A DNA stretch of 64,000 nucleotides from assembly GCF_006345805.1 (NCBI RefSeq), contig NC_043024.1:6138001-6202000 (forward strand). The letters run 5' to 3'. The stretch is from Octopus sinensis (lineage: Eukaryota). Shown here in pieces: positions 1-13,500 of the stretch. How positions within the stretch are numbered: the stretch's first letter is position 1; each line of letters opens with the position of its first letter. Both the position numbers and the translations under genes were made by a program. A model generated the notes under the pieces. That model ran no database searches and was not told the DNA's origin. It was given only the letters and a program-made list of their open reading frames with translations.

Positions 1-286
1 AGCACTGCTGGTAAGAATGTAGAGCCGATACTACCTGGGGCAGTTTGGAGAAAAAATTCTATGTGGAAGAAAAAGAAATGAAATATGAAAAAACAAAATA
101 CAATAATGCTGTGTGAAGAAATAATAAATATTAGAAAGAAAGAAAAAAAGGGAATATAATACTGTGTGAATAAAAAAAATCTCAAAGGGGACGTGTTGTG
201 GAGAACACCCCTCAGTGAGAGAAGTGGGCTGTTCCACTACAAATAAATAGTGGACTGACACAAAAAATGGTATCAATCGGCGAGCT

Positions 287-510
287 GGCAGAACCGTTAG
301 CATGCTGGGCGAAATGCCTAGCAGTATTTCGTCTGCTGTTATGTTCTGAGTTCAAATTCCACCGAGGTTGACTTTGCCTTTCATCCTTTCGGGGGTCGAT
401 TAAATAAGTACCAGTTGCGCACTGGGGTCAATGTGATCGACTTAATCCATTTGTCTGTCCTTGTTTGTCCTCTCTCTGTGCAGCCCCCTGTGGGCAGTAA
501 AGAAATAGGT
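287..510 (+). mobile_element. tRNA-type SINE (family B, Nin/Deu-like central domain)
   Basis: ggcgagctggcagaaccgttag...gttcaaattcc...gactttgcctttcatcctttcgggggtcgat..aagtaccag. Further copies at about 12426-12815 and 26010-26590. Confidence 0.75.
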
Positions 511-797
511 ATCAGTCGGGGAGGTATGCTGTTCAGGCCAATCACGCAGATGACAAAGTATGTTGTTATAATGCATGACATATCAGTGTGGAGCAAGACA
601 TAACAGGATGGCAGGGGTTCACTCCCTGCTTGCAATCTGTACAGGGTGCAGATTGCACCAGTGACCAGCAAGCGAAGGACCTACCTGGGGATGAAATATC
701 AGTAACATCGAACAGCTGATGGGGTGATAAATATTATTTCTTAGTATAGTTACTACTTTCATCTCTTATTGAGATTTTCTAAATAGCTACTTATATA

Positions 798-1133
798 TAT
801 TAATAGTTATCGCCATACTAATATGGCAGTCTTATAAATATAAGACTAAAGCTGTCGCTGATTAGCTCCAAGAGGCCACCGCCTCTAGCTACCTATATGA
901 CACACGAACCTGCGTCCATTATAAACCTTCGAACAGGGCAACAACCCTGAAACATGTCTGCAGATGTCTGACTAGCAAGGTGAAGCGGCTGACCTCCCCT
1001 GTTTGAAGGTTGTAATGGACGCAGGTTCATGTGTCATATAGCTAGCTTGAGGCGGTGGCCTCTTGGAGCTAATCAGCGACAGCTTTAGTCTTATATTTAG
1101 ACTGCCATATTAGTATGGCGATAACTATTAATA
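798..1133. mobile_element. Foldback/MITE-like palindrome, about 140-bp arms with a 58-bp spacer
   Basis: 798-938 is a near-perfect reverse complement of 997-1133 (tattaatagttatcgccatactaatatggcagtc...gaacaggg). Confidence 0.85.
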
Positions 1134-1311
1134 TCTAGTAATGCTGCTGTAATCTCCTTTAGAGAGACTTAGTAATTTTAATATTTCTATTACTTATATA
1201 TATATATATATATATAAGCACATATAATACGCAAATTCGTGGGTCCAGTTTTGTGGAACAACTAGATTTCCACTGAGGCATAATATCATCAGACCAAACA
1301 TTTTAAAACTA

Positions 1312-1877
1312 TTGGGTTGTCCGGAAAGTTCGTGCCGATTTTTCAAGAAAAGAAAAAGGTCAATAAATACTTGCCATTACATTTTTAATCAACCAAATAT
1401 GAACCATTTTGTTGCACAATGCGTCTCCATCTTTCCTTTAACTTGAAAATACTCTCTTCCCAGAATTGAGGTGGTTTCATGGCAAAGAATACATCAAGGT
1501 ATCTTTTTACGTCATTCAAGGAATTGAAATTTTTACCATTAAGACTATTCTGCAGAGACCTGAATAAGTGGAAATCCGAAGGAGCAATATCTGGTGAATA
1601 TGGAGGGTAGGGTAACACATCTCAGCCAAGCTGCAGCAATTTTTGTCTGGTTCCCAAAGCATCAAGTACCGAAAATGAACTTTCTTATCTTCCATTTTAA
1701 AGGGTTACAGAATTAACACAGGTTATAGGAACATAAACCTTCTTCCACGAAAAGATAGCTTAAACTCTGCTCTAAATGGAGGTGTAGTCAAATCCTATTT
1801 TATGGACTCAACCACGTTCTAAAATAAATCGAAAGGTAAGCTACTATAAATCGGCACAAACTTTCCAGACAACCCAA
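1312..1877 (-). mobile_element. Internally deleted mariner (DD34D) element
   Basis: TIRs ttgggttgtccggaaagttcgtgccgattt at both ends with TA flanks (1310-11, 1878-79). Encodes the C-terminal transposase motif PPYSPDIAPSDFHLFRSLQN. Confidence 0.92.
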
Positions 1878-2223
1878 TAGAAAAATCTGCCCTTATAAGT
1901 CTTATATTTAATTGGAAAAAAAAAATTTTTTCTAAAAGTTATGTCAAGAGAAACATGGAAACATGAAAACCAGACCTCATGTTTTAACTTTATTCACACA
2001 AATTTGGAATATACATATATATATATATATACATGTAAAAATAGATAAATGGTACAAGGCACCAATATTTACTGGGAAATAGCAATCGATATCGATAATT
2101 GGTGTACCATTTATCTATTTTTATATATATAATTCTACCCTTAAGGGGCTTTATTTTACTGGAAAGTAATACATTTGTATTGCATATATATATATACATG
2201 TATATATATATAAAACTAGCTAC

Positions 2224-2269
<46 letters not shown>

Positions 2270-2270
2270 A

Positions 2271-2332
<62 letters not shown>

Positions 2333-2346
2333 GTGTGTGTGTGTGT

Positions 2347-2654
2347 GGAGGCACAAAGGCCCAGTGGTTAGGGCAGCAGATTCGCAGTTGTAGGATCGCG
2401 GTTTCGATTCCCAGACCGGGTGTTGTGAGTGTTTATTGAGCGAAAACATAAGCTCCATAAGGCTCCTACAGGGGGTGGTGGCGATCCCTGCTGTACTCTT
2501 TCGGCACAACTTTCTCTCACTCTTTCTTCTGTTGGCCTGCTCGCTTAGCCAGTGGGGTGGTGTCATTTTGAAGGCTAAAACAATGAGAAGTGCATTGTGA
2601 CCAGCGATGTGTAGCAACATCTGATAGCCTGGTCAGTCACAGTGATCACGGTGA
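2347..2654 (+). mobile_element. tRNA-type SINE (family C)
   Basis: A-box ggcccagtggttag, B-box ggtttcgattcc, tail ...gatagcctggtcagtcacagtga. Copies at about 35045-35322 (-) and 44878-45180 (-). Confidence 0.8.
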
Positions 2655-3524
2655 TATATATATATATATATATATATACAACAAGAAATAATTTCTGCCT
2701 CTTTTTATGGAGACAGGGCTTATAAGACTGCAAAAAAGAAGTGCTCAAATGTAATTGAGACAGAAATAAAAACATTGATCAGAGAACAAACATCAAATTT
2801 GCATGACATGCTTTAGAATTTTTAGTCGATTGTATATACCTTCTTTCTGTTCTATATATCTGTACTTTTATTTGCATATATATTTTTTACCTACTGTGTT
2901 TTACATATGTATTCTTTATATGTTAAAGGCCATGGTAACATTTATGTAAGATCAATTGTTTGGAGGTGTGGTGTTATTTGAAGTCGCTGACTCGAATTTA
3001 ATGTTTGTTCTATGATCAATGTTTTATAAATATATATATATATATATGTATGTATAAAATACAAACTGGGACAAGAACGCAAAACATTCGGACAGTTAGG
3101 TGATACAAAAATGGGACAACAAAACATCCAGATAAACGATACAAAGAAAACAAGGAGGGGTCATTTGAAGTTTTCTTTCCTCAGTCGAGTCTCAGATTAT
3201 CTTTGCAATTTCAACTGGTTATACTCGCGATTGCTCCAATCTGGCCAGCCCCAAGGAAAAACTAAGCTAAGAGCATTAGATTCCTTGGAAGAAAGCAGTG
3301 AATGTATACAAAAACAAGGATGGAAGGAAAACGGAGAATGTTACACAAATGCAAATTTGACTATTATGGGCAGGTAAATTTAAATAACAGGGGTAAAAGC
3401 AATAACATTACGGTTAAACACTAAAATTGAAGCCATGTTTGGATGGTGCTTTTTACATGCCACTGGCACGAGAGCCAGTCAGAGGTCACTGGCATCCACC
3501 ATGTTCAGATATATATATATATAT

Positions 3525-3850
3525 TTACGGAGATGTACTTGCATAGCGAGTGACCTGATCTGAGACCGTGTGCTGGAATGAAAGCAATTGCAGCGTAGAA
3601 GGTGTTTATAAGTCATTTAAGAAACGCACAAAAACCGTTAGATTCAATTCAACATTTAAATTTAATTTGTCAAAATATTTTCGTTGCTTTGAGACCGCGA
3701 CCTGTTCGCTGACATACTACAGCACGAAGTTTTGTCAGTGAATAGGTCAGTCTCAAAGGTACGAGAATATTTTGACAAATTAAATTTAAATGTTGAAGTG
3801 AATCTTGTGTGTTCTTAAATGAGTTATAAACACCTTCCACGCTGCAACTG
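3525..3850. mobile_element. Foldback repeat with inverted hammerhead-like motifs (G3:C8 family)
   Basis: Arms 3588-3714 and 3733-3847 are reverse complements. The same family occurs in opposite orientation at 59870-60193. Confidence 0.8.
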
Positions 3851-3903
<53 letters not shown>

Positions 3904-3929
3904 TATATATTATATATATATATACACAA

Positions 3930-4272
3930 GTAAAATGCTCCCACGTCCAATGGATGGTGCTGAATTGTCAACATTTAAACCAAATTTTCTCAAAACAACT
4001 TGTCCGACCATCCCATTTTGTGGCATTATTTCGAGCCAGCTGGCTTTTTTTGCACAAACTGCACATGCATTTTTCTCGCATATGCATAGTATCGATCGCA
4101 ACAGCTGATTTTCTTGTGCGTACAAATGCATGTTCCCACGGCTTTATCGATTGCATTCTCATCTGGAATCAATTTTTGTAATTTTTTCAAGACTTATACA
4201 TGCCCTGATACCGTCGGTATCGACATATAAAATTTGATCCTAGAAACACACACACACTCAGACAGAACAGAT

Positions 4273-4277
<5 letters not shown>
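3930..4277 (-). mobile_element. Helitron-like non-autonomous element, shorter copy
   Basis: Both ends match 22408-22964 (5' ataatctgttctgtctg..ctaggatc; 3' aaaatttggtttaaatg..ccattggacg). Confidence 0.55.
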
Positions 4278-4344
<67 letters not shown>

Positions 4345-4564
4345 TGTGTATGTATATGTATGTGTGTGTGTATATGTGTATGTATATAAAAGGCTGCCAT
4401 ACTGCCACATAAAAAGCACCCAGTACACTCTGTAAATTGGTTGGTGTTAGGAAGGGGATCCAGCCATAGAAGCCATGGCCAAAACAGACAACTGGAACCT
4501 GGTGTAGCTCTCCAACTTGCGAGCTCCTTGTGAAACCGTCCAACCCATGCCAGCTTGGGAAACG

Positions 4565-4905
4565 AATGTTAGTTAAGTTAAGTTAAGTTCATTTTTTGGC
4601 TCAAAAAGCAAAAAGCAAGGCCATGTAGGGGTCATGAAGTTATGTACAGGTAGAGTGTTCATGCAAAGAGTTCAGGCCATTTCTGGTCAAGGGAGACTTT
4701 GAACCGAGCGGTCATCGGCATCTTCACTATCTTGTCCGGCAGCTTATTCCATGGATCCGCAACCCGGACGGAGAAAGCCCCTCTCCTTCGATTGAGATGA
4801 AATCATCGCAGATAGAGGACTCACCCCGCAGCCGACGCTCTGGAGCAGGAGTGAAGAACAGCTCTTTCGAGAGGTTACACTTTCCGCTTATGATGTTGTG
4901 AGCAA
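4565..4905 (-). mobile_element. CR1/L2-clade LINE 3' end
   Basis: Frameshifted C-terminus ...RRRGAFSVRVADPWNKLPDKIVKMPMTARFKVSLDQKWPELFA* followed by a (CTTAA)n tail. Confidence 0.75.
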
Positions 4906-4957
4906 ATGATGATGATGATGACGATGATGATGAAAACCACGGTGACGACGACGACAA

Positions 4958-5017
<60 letters not shown>

Positions 5018-6689
5018 CATCTATCTGTCTGTCTGTCTGTTTGTCTATATTTTGAAAGTATTTTTACTGAGAAAGTTAATGAAAATCTTCAAAATTCCAA
5101 GTAAAAAAGAAAAGAAAAGAAAAGATACAATTAATAATTCTTTCATGGGAAATAGTAAAACCCTTGTTTATTAGTTGAGAGAGAGAGAGAGAGAGAGAGA
5201 AAGGAAGGGTGACAGGGAAGGAGAGAAAAGAGAGAGAGGAGAGGAGGAGAAAAGGGAAAGAAGGAGAAAGCACGATAAGAGACAGAAAAAAATCATTGAT
5301 ATGTATGTATGTATGTATGTATGTATATGTGTGTGTGTGTGTGTGTGCATATGTATGTATGCACGGATGTATACACATATATATACATAGAGATAGGGAG
5401 GAGAAGGCGGAAGTCGGAGAGGAGAAAACTTGAAAACAAACATACATGTATTATATTTTTTTCTTTCATAATGGTAGGAATTTCCGTTTGTAGAACACAA
5501 ATTCGCAAATTTCCCAAAATAAAAAAAGTTATGAGGGGTTATATGGGGTGCTAAGCCAGATTTCCGCCGCTGTGTGCGTGTGTGTGCGTGCGTGGGTGTG
5601 TGTGCATGTGTGTGTGTGTGTGCGTGCGTGTGTGTGTGTGCATGTGTGTGTGTGTGCGTGTATGTGTGTGTATACACGCTTGAATTTTATATGTACATTT
5701 GAGCGCTACTACGTGTTTATATATTATGTATATAAAGAGAGAGAAAGAGAGAGATAGGGAAAGGGAGATAGAGGGGAAGGAGAGAGAGAGGAGGAAAAGA
5801 GACAGAGATGGGTAGGGAGGGAGAGAGGGAGAGAGAGAGGAGGGAAAGAGAGAGAGAGATGGGTAGGGAGAGAGGGAGAGAGAGGCGGGAAAGAGAGAGA
5901 TATATAGGAGAAGGGAGAGAGAGGAGGGAAAGAGAGAGAGATGGGTAGGGAGAGAGAGAGAGAGAGAGAGAGGAGGTGGTGGTAGTGTTAGTGTGTGTGT
6001 GTGTATTCCTGGGGTGGAGGAAGAGAAAGGAGAAGATAAAATCCGCTCCATTCAAATGTTATCAAAGTGCGAGAGAGAGAGAGAGAGAGAGAGAACAGCG
6101 AATTCAGTCACATAGTAAAACGACTATAAAACCCGACCCGACGACATAAGTCGGGTGAAATAGTCTTTAATAATGCAGCCACCACGATTCCAGCTGATTA
6201 AGGAACGACCAAATGCTTATTACACATGACAGCATCACTCTTGGTAACTGATGGAAAATTCTTAGGTATTTATTTTACTATATTCATATAAGATATTTAA
6301 AATGTATGAATCACTGTGTCCGTCTCTGCATCTCTCTCCCTCTCATGGAAAAAACAAAACAAAAGTATGTTAAATGATCTTTTACTTGTTTCAGTCATTT
6401 CTCCGCGACCACGCTGGGGCATCGCTCTGAAAGCTTTTAGTCAAACAAATCGACCCAGGACTTTAGGAGAAGATACTTGCAGTTGGATGTGTTTATAACC
6501 TGGTGTTTGTTTCTATCGGTCAGCTTTTTTGCCGAACTGCTTGTTATGAGGACGTAAGCACACCAACACCGTTTATCAAGTGGTGGTTAGCGACAGACAC
6601 AAAGACACACACACACACACAACAAGCAAAGTTAGGAAATCTCTGAGATATGAAAGTACTAAATATATATGGAGAAGTAATATTTATCA

Positions 6690-6780
<91 letters not shown>

Positions 6781-6782
<2 letters not shown>

Positions 6783-7156
6783 TCTTTAGTCTTTTTACGT
6801 GTTTCAGTCATTTGACTGCGGCCATGCTGGTGCACTGCCTTTAGTCAAGCAAATCAACCCCAGGACTTATTCTTTGTAAGCCTAGTACTTATTCTATCGG
6901 TCGTTTTTGCCGAACCGCTAAGTTACGGGGACGTAAACACACCAGCATCGGTTGTGAAGCTATGTTGGGGTGGGGGGCAAACACACACATATATATACAC
7001 GACGGGCTTCTTTCAGTTTCTGTCTACCAAATCCACTCATAAGGCTTTGGTCGACCCGAAGCTATAGTAGAAGACACTTGCCCAAGGTGCCACGCAATGG
7101 GACTGAACCCGGGACCATGTGGTTGGTAAGCAAACTACTTACTACACAGCAACTCC
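6781..7156 (-). mobile_element. tRNA-type SINE (family A, about 420 bp, dominant family)
   Basis: Consensus ggcgcaggagtggctgtgtggtaag...ccgggttcagtcccactgcgtggcacc...(CA/TA)n...gtgctccagcatggccgcagtcaaatgactgaaac(aagtaaaagagt)n. More than 20 full or partial copies in the window. Confidence 0.85.
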
Positions 7157-7307
7157 ACTGCAAAAAATCAACATGTTCTCTTATAGTTGTTTCGATTTTG
7201 CCCAAAATAATTAAATTCCAGTAATTAAAACATTGTATTGGGCAAAATCTCGCCAGAGGAGTAGAAAGACATACCGTTAGGTTCCGGAGAAGAGGCACAC
7301 TCTAAGA

Positions 7308-7508
7308 CAGTGCTTTTCAAACTTTTTGCTGGAGCGGAACCCCAAGGAAACATTCCACTGGCTCGAGGAACCCCTGTGCAATAATTTAATAGTCTTATGC
7401 ACACATATCTGCACAGGAGACTTAAAAATTACTGCCGATTTTAGCAGTTTTGTAACTTCTTGCGGAACCCCTGCACTGTACTGGCGGAACCCTGGTTGAA
7501 AACCACTG
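7308..7508. mobile_element. hAT (Charlie-like) MITE
   Basis: TIR cagtg(c/g)ttttcaa; 8-bp flanks ctctaaga / gtctaaga (7/8 match). Confidence 0.85.
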
Positions 7509-7750
7509 GTCTAAGATGTAAGAGCAGTGTGTATTTTAAATGAGAAAGTATATTTTTAAGGGATTTCCCTGTAAGTCTTAGGTGTTGGGGTCTGAAGATA
7601 CGCCATACAGCTAAACCCTTTCTGGACAAAAAACCCAGGGTAATTCCATAAACCGGCCTTCCCCATTAATATATATATTATATATATATATATATATACA
7701 CATATATATGTGTGTGTGTGTGTGTGTGTGACAATTAGTTGGTTGTCATA

Positions 7751-7807
7751 ATTAAACTCAGTTTCGCATACCGGAGATGAAGTCTGCTCCGGCATCTCAT
7801 CAGTTAT
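7751..7807 (-). ncRNA. Type-I hammerhead ribozyme motif with long stem II
   Basis: ATAA CTGATGA G ATGCCGGAG-loop-CTCCGGTAT GC GAAA CTGAGT T^ TAAT. Canonical core; stem I imperfect. Same repeat family as 43589-43860. Confidence 0.65.
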
Positions 7808-7890
7808 TTATAGGTAAATTCCTCTATTTTACTTAATATCGAGGTCTCATTCATTCTTTTGTTGTCATATTATTATTATTATTATTATTA

Positions 7891-7928
<38 letters not shown>

Positions 7929-8486
7929 TTGTGTGTGAGTATATGTTTGTGTGTCTGTGTTTGTCTCCCCAACATCGCTTGACAACCGATGCTGGTGTTT
8001 ACGTTCCCGTAACTTAGCTGTTCAGCAAAAGTGATCGATAGAATAAATACTAGGCTTACAAAGAATAAGTCCTGGGGTCGATTTGCTCGACTAAATGTGG
8101 TGCTCCAGCATGGCCGCAGTCAAATGACTGAAACCAGTAAAAGAGTAAGGCTTAGAAAAAACTGAAGGACCACTGCAACAAGTGTTTAAATCCGAGAGGG
8201 GAAGATGTTGAATAAAATCATCAATAACTGATCCTCCTGTATTTTCTTTTACCCAAACCAGGAACTCTGCACTACCCTTTCGTACACAAACATACTTTTT
8301 TATTAAAACAGCATAATTATCACAGAACATGTTACTTAGTTTCACATTTCCATTCGTCGGACAGTTTGTGATGAAAACATTCATGTGCTCACACCTATGT
8401 GTGTGTGTGTGTGTTCGTACGTACATACATAGGTATTTAGTATGGCATCTACTGCTAAAGCTGAAAGATTGCCCGTATTTATTATT

Positions 8487-9037
8487 TTGGGTTGTCCAGA
8501 AAGTTCGTGCCGATTTATAGTAGCTTACCTTTTGACTTATTTTAGAACATGTTTGAGTCCATAAAATAGGATTTGACTACACCTCCATTTAGAGCACAGT
8601 TTAAGCTATCTTTTCGTGGAAGAAGATTTATGTTCCTATAACCTGTGTTAATTCTGTAACCCTTTAAAATGGAAGATAAGAAAGTTCATTTTCGGTACTT
8701 GATGGTTTGGGAACCAGACAAAAATTGCTGCAGCTCGGCTGGGATGTGTTACCCCACCCTCCATATTCACCAGATATTGCTCCTTCGGATTTCCACTTAT
8801 TCAGGTCTCTGCAGAATAGTCTTAAGGGTAAAAATTTAAATTGCTTGGATGAGGTAAAAATTCTTGCTATGAAACCACCTCAATTCAGGGAAGAGGGTAT
8901 TTTCGAGTTAAAGGAAAGATGGAGATGCATTGTGCAACAAAATGGTTCATACTTGGTTGATTAAAAATGTAATGGCAAGTATTTATTGACCTTTTTCTTT
9001 CCTTTAAAAATCGGTACGAACTTTCCGGACAACCCAA
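8487..9037 (+). mobile_element. Internally deleted mariner, second copy
   Basis: Same TIRs as 1312-1877. N-terminal MEDKKVHFRYL is fused to ...QLGWDVLPHPPYSPDIAPSDFHLF. Confidence 0.92.
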
Positions 9038-9842
9038 TATTTTTACCAGTTGAGCGGGTGACAGTGCTTTCAAAGTTTCGACCTGCTCTCCTTCGGACTA
9101 AGTCACGCAAAAAAGGGATCGAGTAATTTCTTCCCTGTATAGTGAATTTATTTTTATTATAACTAGACACGCACGCTCAAACAACCCCCATTTATACTTC
9201 TGTTTACAAACTAATGAGATGATTGTTCAAAACACGTCAAGTTTATAATTATCGAGACTGATCGTGACAAAAGAACTCTCTCTCTTTCTCTCTCTCTCTC
9301 ATTGTATATCCTCCTTTCTTTCTTTGTTTCTTTCTTTCTGTCTCCCCCTCTCTCACACACACATATACACAAAAAAGAATTTAAAGACATTCCGGGAGAA
9401 TAGCGTCTGATTTATCAACTGTAGCGAAATCTGTAATTTCTTTGTTTCTAATATATTCCAAGCAGAATAGATTACGACTCTGCAATAAATAAATAAATAA
9501 ATGAAAGGTGTGAGTGATTTTCACCTACCACACTAAGTTTTCACACTTTGATTTTCTTTCATCTCCCGTATAATGTATTTTTACAGACTTATGATTTTGA
9601 AGATGTTTATAACACATCTGAATAAAAACTTTTTTCGGAAATCACTCAAAATTGAAAAATTACAGAAATTTATCAAAAATTTTGGTGAGGAAGGGGTAGG
9701 GTAAGATATCAATTAAAAAAAAAATGTTTTGTTTTCAGGGTCGTAATTTACGATGTTAAAAAACATGCATATCCAAAGAAACTAATTTTTGGTGTTTTGG
9801 ATAATTTCTGACGCTATTGTATAGGAACGCCTCCCTCCCCCT

Positions 9843-9939
<97 letters not shown>

Positions 9940-10389
9940 CGCAGGAGTGGCTGTGTGGTAAGTAGCTACCACATGGTTCTGGGTTCAGTCCTGGGGTCGA
10001 TTTGCTCGACTAAAAGGCGGTGCTCCAGCATGGCCACAGTCAAAGGACTGAAACAAGTAAAAGAGTATATATATATTATCGTTTATTTGTTTTAGTCAAT
10101 AGAATGTGGCCATGCTAGAGCACTGCCTCACAGACTTTTAGCTGAACGAATTGACCCCAGGACTTACTTTATCCCTTCCTTTTGCCGAACTTCTAATTAC
10201 GGGGACATAATCAAACTAATACCGGTTGTCAGGTGGTGGTGGTGGTTGTGGGACAACAAGCATATATAACGACACACACACACATGATGAGCTTCTTTCA
10301 GTTTCCATCACTTTATAGACAGATGTGCATTGCTTGGAGAGCAAAGTGTGTCTGCAGGCTCTCCTGCAGACACACTTTGCTGTTGTAAT

Positions 10390-10580
10390 GGTTTTGATCT
10401 CATCCTTTTTTTCAGGATGGTACAGATTGTCAACGTGCTTCCGTCATATTGACATGCTATATCCACCACTACACACACTCCTCTCCCATGTTTATCAATG
10501 ATTTCCTTCTTCAATTCTATCGTAACCAGCTTTTCCTTCTTCTCATCACTGCCCTTTGCACTCACCTTCTTAGGGGCCAT
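10390..10580 (-). mobile_element. Tigger/pogo transposase N-terminal (CENP-B-type HTH) relic
   Basis: MAPKKVSAKGSDEKKEKLVTIELKKEIIDKHGRGV...TICTILKK. Confidence 0.75.
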
Positions 10581-11086
10581 GGCTAGCACAACTAATTATT
10601 ATAAAACAACCGCAAAAAATGCACAAAATTAAAAAAGGAACACTGGGTAAAACTCAACAGGGATGCTGCCACAATGAGATAAACATGTGAACTGAGCGAG
10701 CAGAGGCTGCAGCGAATAGTGGTTGCTTATATGAAACTCACTCATTCTGTGGATTTCTATTCATGCTTCAAGACAAACATTTGCACAAGCCTTGACTCAT
10801 AGAGCTAATTACTCATACAACGGTGCTTGTGTGTTGTGACGTTCTACTCTGTGTGTGAGTCATTGTGTGTCTGTTTGTCCCTACATCACCACTTGATGAC
10901 CGGTGTTACATCCCTGTAACTTAGTGGTTTGGGAAGAAAGAGACTGATAGCATAAGTAGTAGGCTTAAAAAATAGGTCTTGGGGTCAATGTGTTTGATTA
11001 AACCCTTTCAAGATGGTACTCTAGCATGGCTGCAGTCAATGACTGAAACAAGTAAAAAAAAATCTAAAAAAAAAAAGAATATATAT

Positions 11087-11129
<43 letters not shown>

Positions 11130-11817
11130 CATATACATTATAGGCGCAGGAGTGGCTGTGTGGTAAGTAGCTTGCTTACCAACCACATGGTTCCGGATTC
11201 ATTCCCACTGCATGACACCTTGGGCAAGTGTCTTCTTCTATAGCCTTGGGCCTATCAAAGTCTTGTGAGTGGATTTGGTAGACGGAAACTGAAAGAAGCC
11301 TGTCGTATATATGTATATATATAATTATTATTTGAGGGAATAAAATCCAAACTTACAAGGAAAAAGAATTCAATTTAGAAATACTAAATCAAATTCCACA
11401 CAATATAATATATATAAAATATTAGAAAAAACCCACCTTTTATCAATTCAAAATGAATAATTAAATTACACCATCTAGAAAATTACATATAATAGAAAAC
11501 TTAAAATTAAAATAACAATTAAAAAGTAAAGATTAAGTAAATTACAAGAATAATGTAATGTATATAATAGGTATATAATATGTATATATGTGTATGTGTG
11601 TGTATATATGTGTGTGTGTATCTGTGTTTGTCCCCCCAACATCGCTTGACAACCGATGCTAGTGTGTTTACGTCCTCGTAACTTAGCAGTTCAGCAAAAG
11701 GGACCGATAGAATAAGTACTAGACTTCCAAAGAATAAGACTGGAACAAGTAAAAGAGTAAAAAACAAGAGTATATACACACACACGCACACACCCATATA
11801 TATATATATATATATAT

Positions 11818-12210
11818 AGGCACAGGAGTGGCTGTGTCGTAAGGAGTATGCTTCCCAACAACATGGTTCCAGGCTCGGTCCCAATGCATGACACATTGGG
11901 CAAGTATCTTCTATAGCCCCTGGGTTGACCAAAACCTTGTGAGTGGATTTGGTTGACAGAAACTGAAAGAAGCCCATCGTATATACCTGTGTGTGTGTGT
12001 GTGTGTGTGTTTGTGTCTGTGTTTGTCCTCCAGCCATCACTTGACAACCGATGTTGGCATGTTTACGTCCCCGTAACTTAGTGGTTCGGCAAAAGAGACC
12101 GATAGAATAAGTATTAGGCTTACAAAGAATAAGTCTTGGGGGTAATTTGTTTGACTAAAGACGGTGCTCCAGCATGGCCGCAGTCAATAGACTGAAATAA
12201 GTAAAAGAGT
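11818..12210 (+). mobile_element. SINE family A, full length
   Basis: Head ggcacaggagtggctgtg through tail gactgaaataagtaaaagagta. Confidence 0.85.
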
Positions 12211-12425
12211 AAATACGTGAGAAATTTGACTGGCGACTGTTGATGCTGCCCCCTACGGTTGCTAAGAAGCAGAAGGGAGGGAAACATTTCCTTTAAGGAG
12301 AAAAAATGTTCAGGGCTTATAATCTTTTTTTTGCTTTTGCCTTTTTGATAGGCTTCTTTCAGTTTCCGTTTACCAAATTCACTCACAAAGCTTTGGTTAG
12401 CCCTAGGCTGCAGCAGACTTAGGGC

Positions 12426-12815
12426 AATGAGCTGGCAGAACCGTTAGCAGGCTGGGCGAAATGCTTAGCAGTATTTTGTCTGCCGCTACGTTCTGAGCTC
12501 GAATTCCGTCGAGGTTGACTTTGCCTTTCATCCTTTCAGGGTCAATTAAATAAGTACCAGTTACGCACTGGGGTCAATGTAATCGACTTAATCCGTTTGT
12601 CTGTCCTTGTTTGTCCCCTTGTTTGTGAGCATGCCAGGCAAAATGCTTAGCAGTATTTCGTCTGTTTTTATGTTCTGAGTTCAAATTCCACCGAGGTCAA
12701 CTTTGCTTTTCATCATTTTGGGGTTGATAAATTATGTACCAGTTGCATACTGGAGTTGATCTAATCGACTGCCTCACCCCCATCTCCCAAAATTTCAGGC
12801 CTTGTGCCTGAAAAA
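12426..12815 (+). mobile_element. Two tandem SINE family B copies
   Basis: Repeated aaatgcttagcagtattt...gttcaaattcc...gactttgcctttcatcc. Confidence 0.75.
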
Positions 12816-12904
12816 GAATAATAGAATAGAATAATTTATTTCAAGGCAGCAAGCTGGCGGAATTGTTTGCACGTCGGGCAAAATGCTTAGTGCTATTTCG
12901 TCTA

Positions 12905-13268
12905 TCTTGGAATTTTTCAGCATTAAACTGTATATTATTAACCTCAGCCCATCTGTAAATTGAGTCCAACTCCTCCTACAGATGTGCAACATCGCTGGGG
13001 TTCTGTATTTTCTGCAAGATTTTCGTATCGTCTGCATAGCTAGTAAGGGTGGCTATCTGGCCATTTGAGGTCATATCTAAGAGGGTCACTATGAAAAGCA
13101 GTGGTCCCAAGACAGTGCCCTGTGGAACACCGCTCACTATTTGTGCTTTCATTGAGGTGGTACCATTGGCCACTACTGCCTGACTTCTATCTTTCAGAAA
13201 GTCATGTAACCACTCTCCAAGTTTTCCAGCTATGCCGAGATCACAGAGTTTGTGGCATATCATTCCAT
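12905..13268 (-). mobile_element. CR1-clade LINE reverse transcriptase fragment
   Basis: WLHDFLKDRSQAV...SGVPQGTVLGPLLF...YADDTK (RT motifs); frameshifted continuation ...LDSIYRWAEVN. Confidence 0.88.
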
Positions 13269-13468
13269 GATTTAGCACTCAGAACTTTGAATCCAGTGAT
13301 CCGAGTTCAAATCTTAGTGAGATTTAATACTTTTGCCACAGTGGTGCTCCAGCATGACCGCAGCTACATGGCTGAAACGATTAAACAAATATATATATAT
13401 ATATATACACACACATATACACATGCTCATTACATATATAATTTTATGTGTGTGTATATATATGTATA

Positions 13469-13500
<32 letters not shown>

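Noticed and set aside
2347-2420. tRNA genes at SINE heads (also 25677, 36179, 38353, 39181)
   Set aside because: A/B boxes are present but no complete cloverleaf, and each runs into a SINE body.
3155-3200. CTGAGGA AAG AAAA CTT CAAA on the minus strand of a (TA)n-flanked repeat (about 3050-3380)
   Set aside because: Lacks G12 and a defined stem III or cleavage site; it needs a family consensus.
6122-6165. GC-rich hairpin gactat..acccgac/gtcgggt..atagtc followed by GAAATAGTC as a hammerhead
   Set aside because: The upstream core reads CTATAAA with no G5 or G8; it is only a hairpin.
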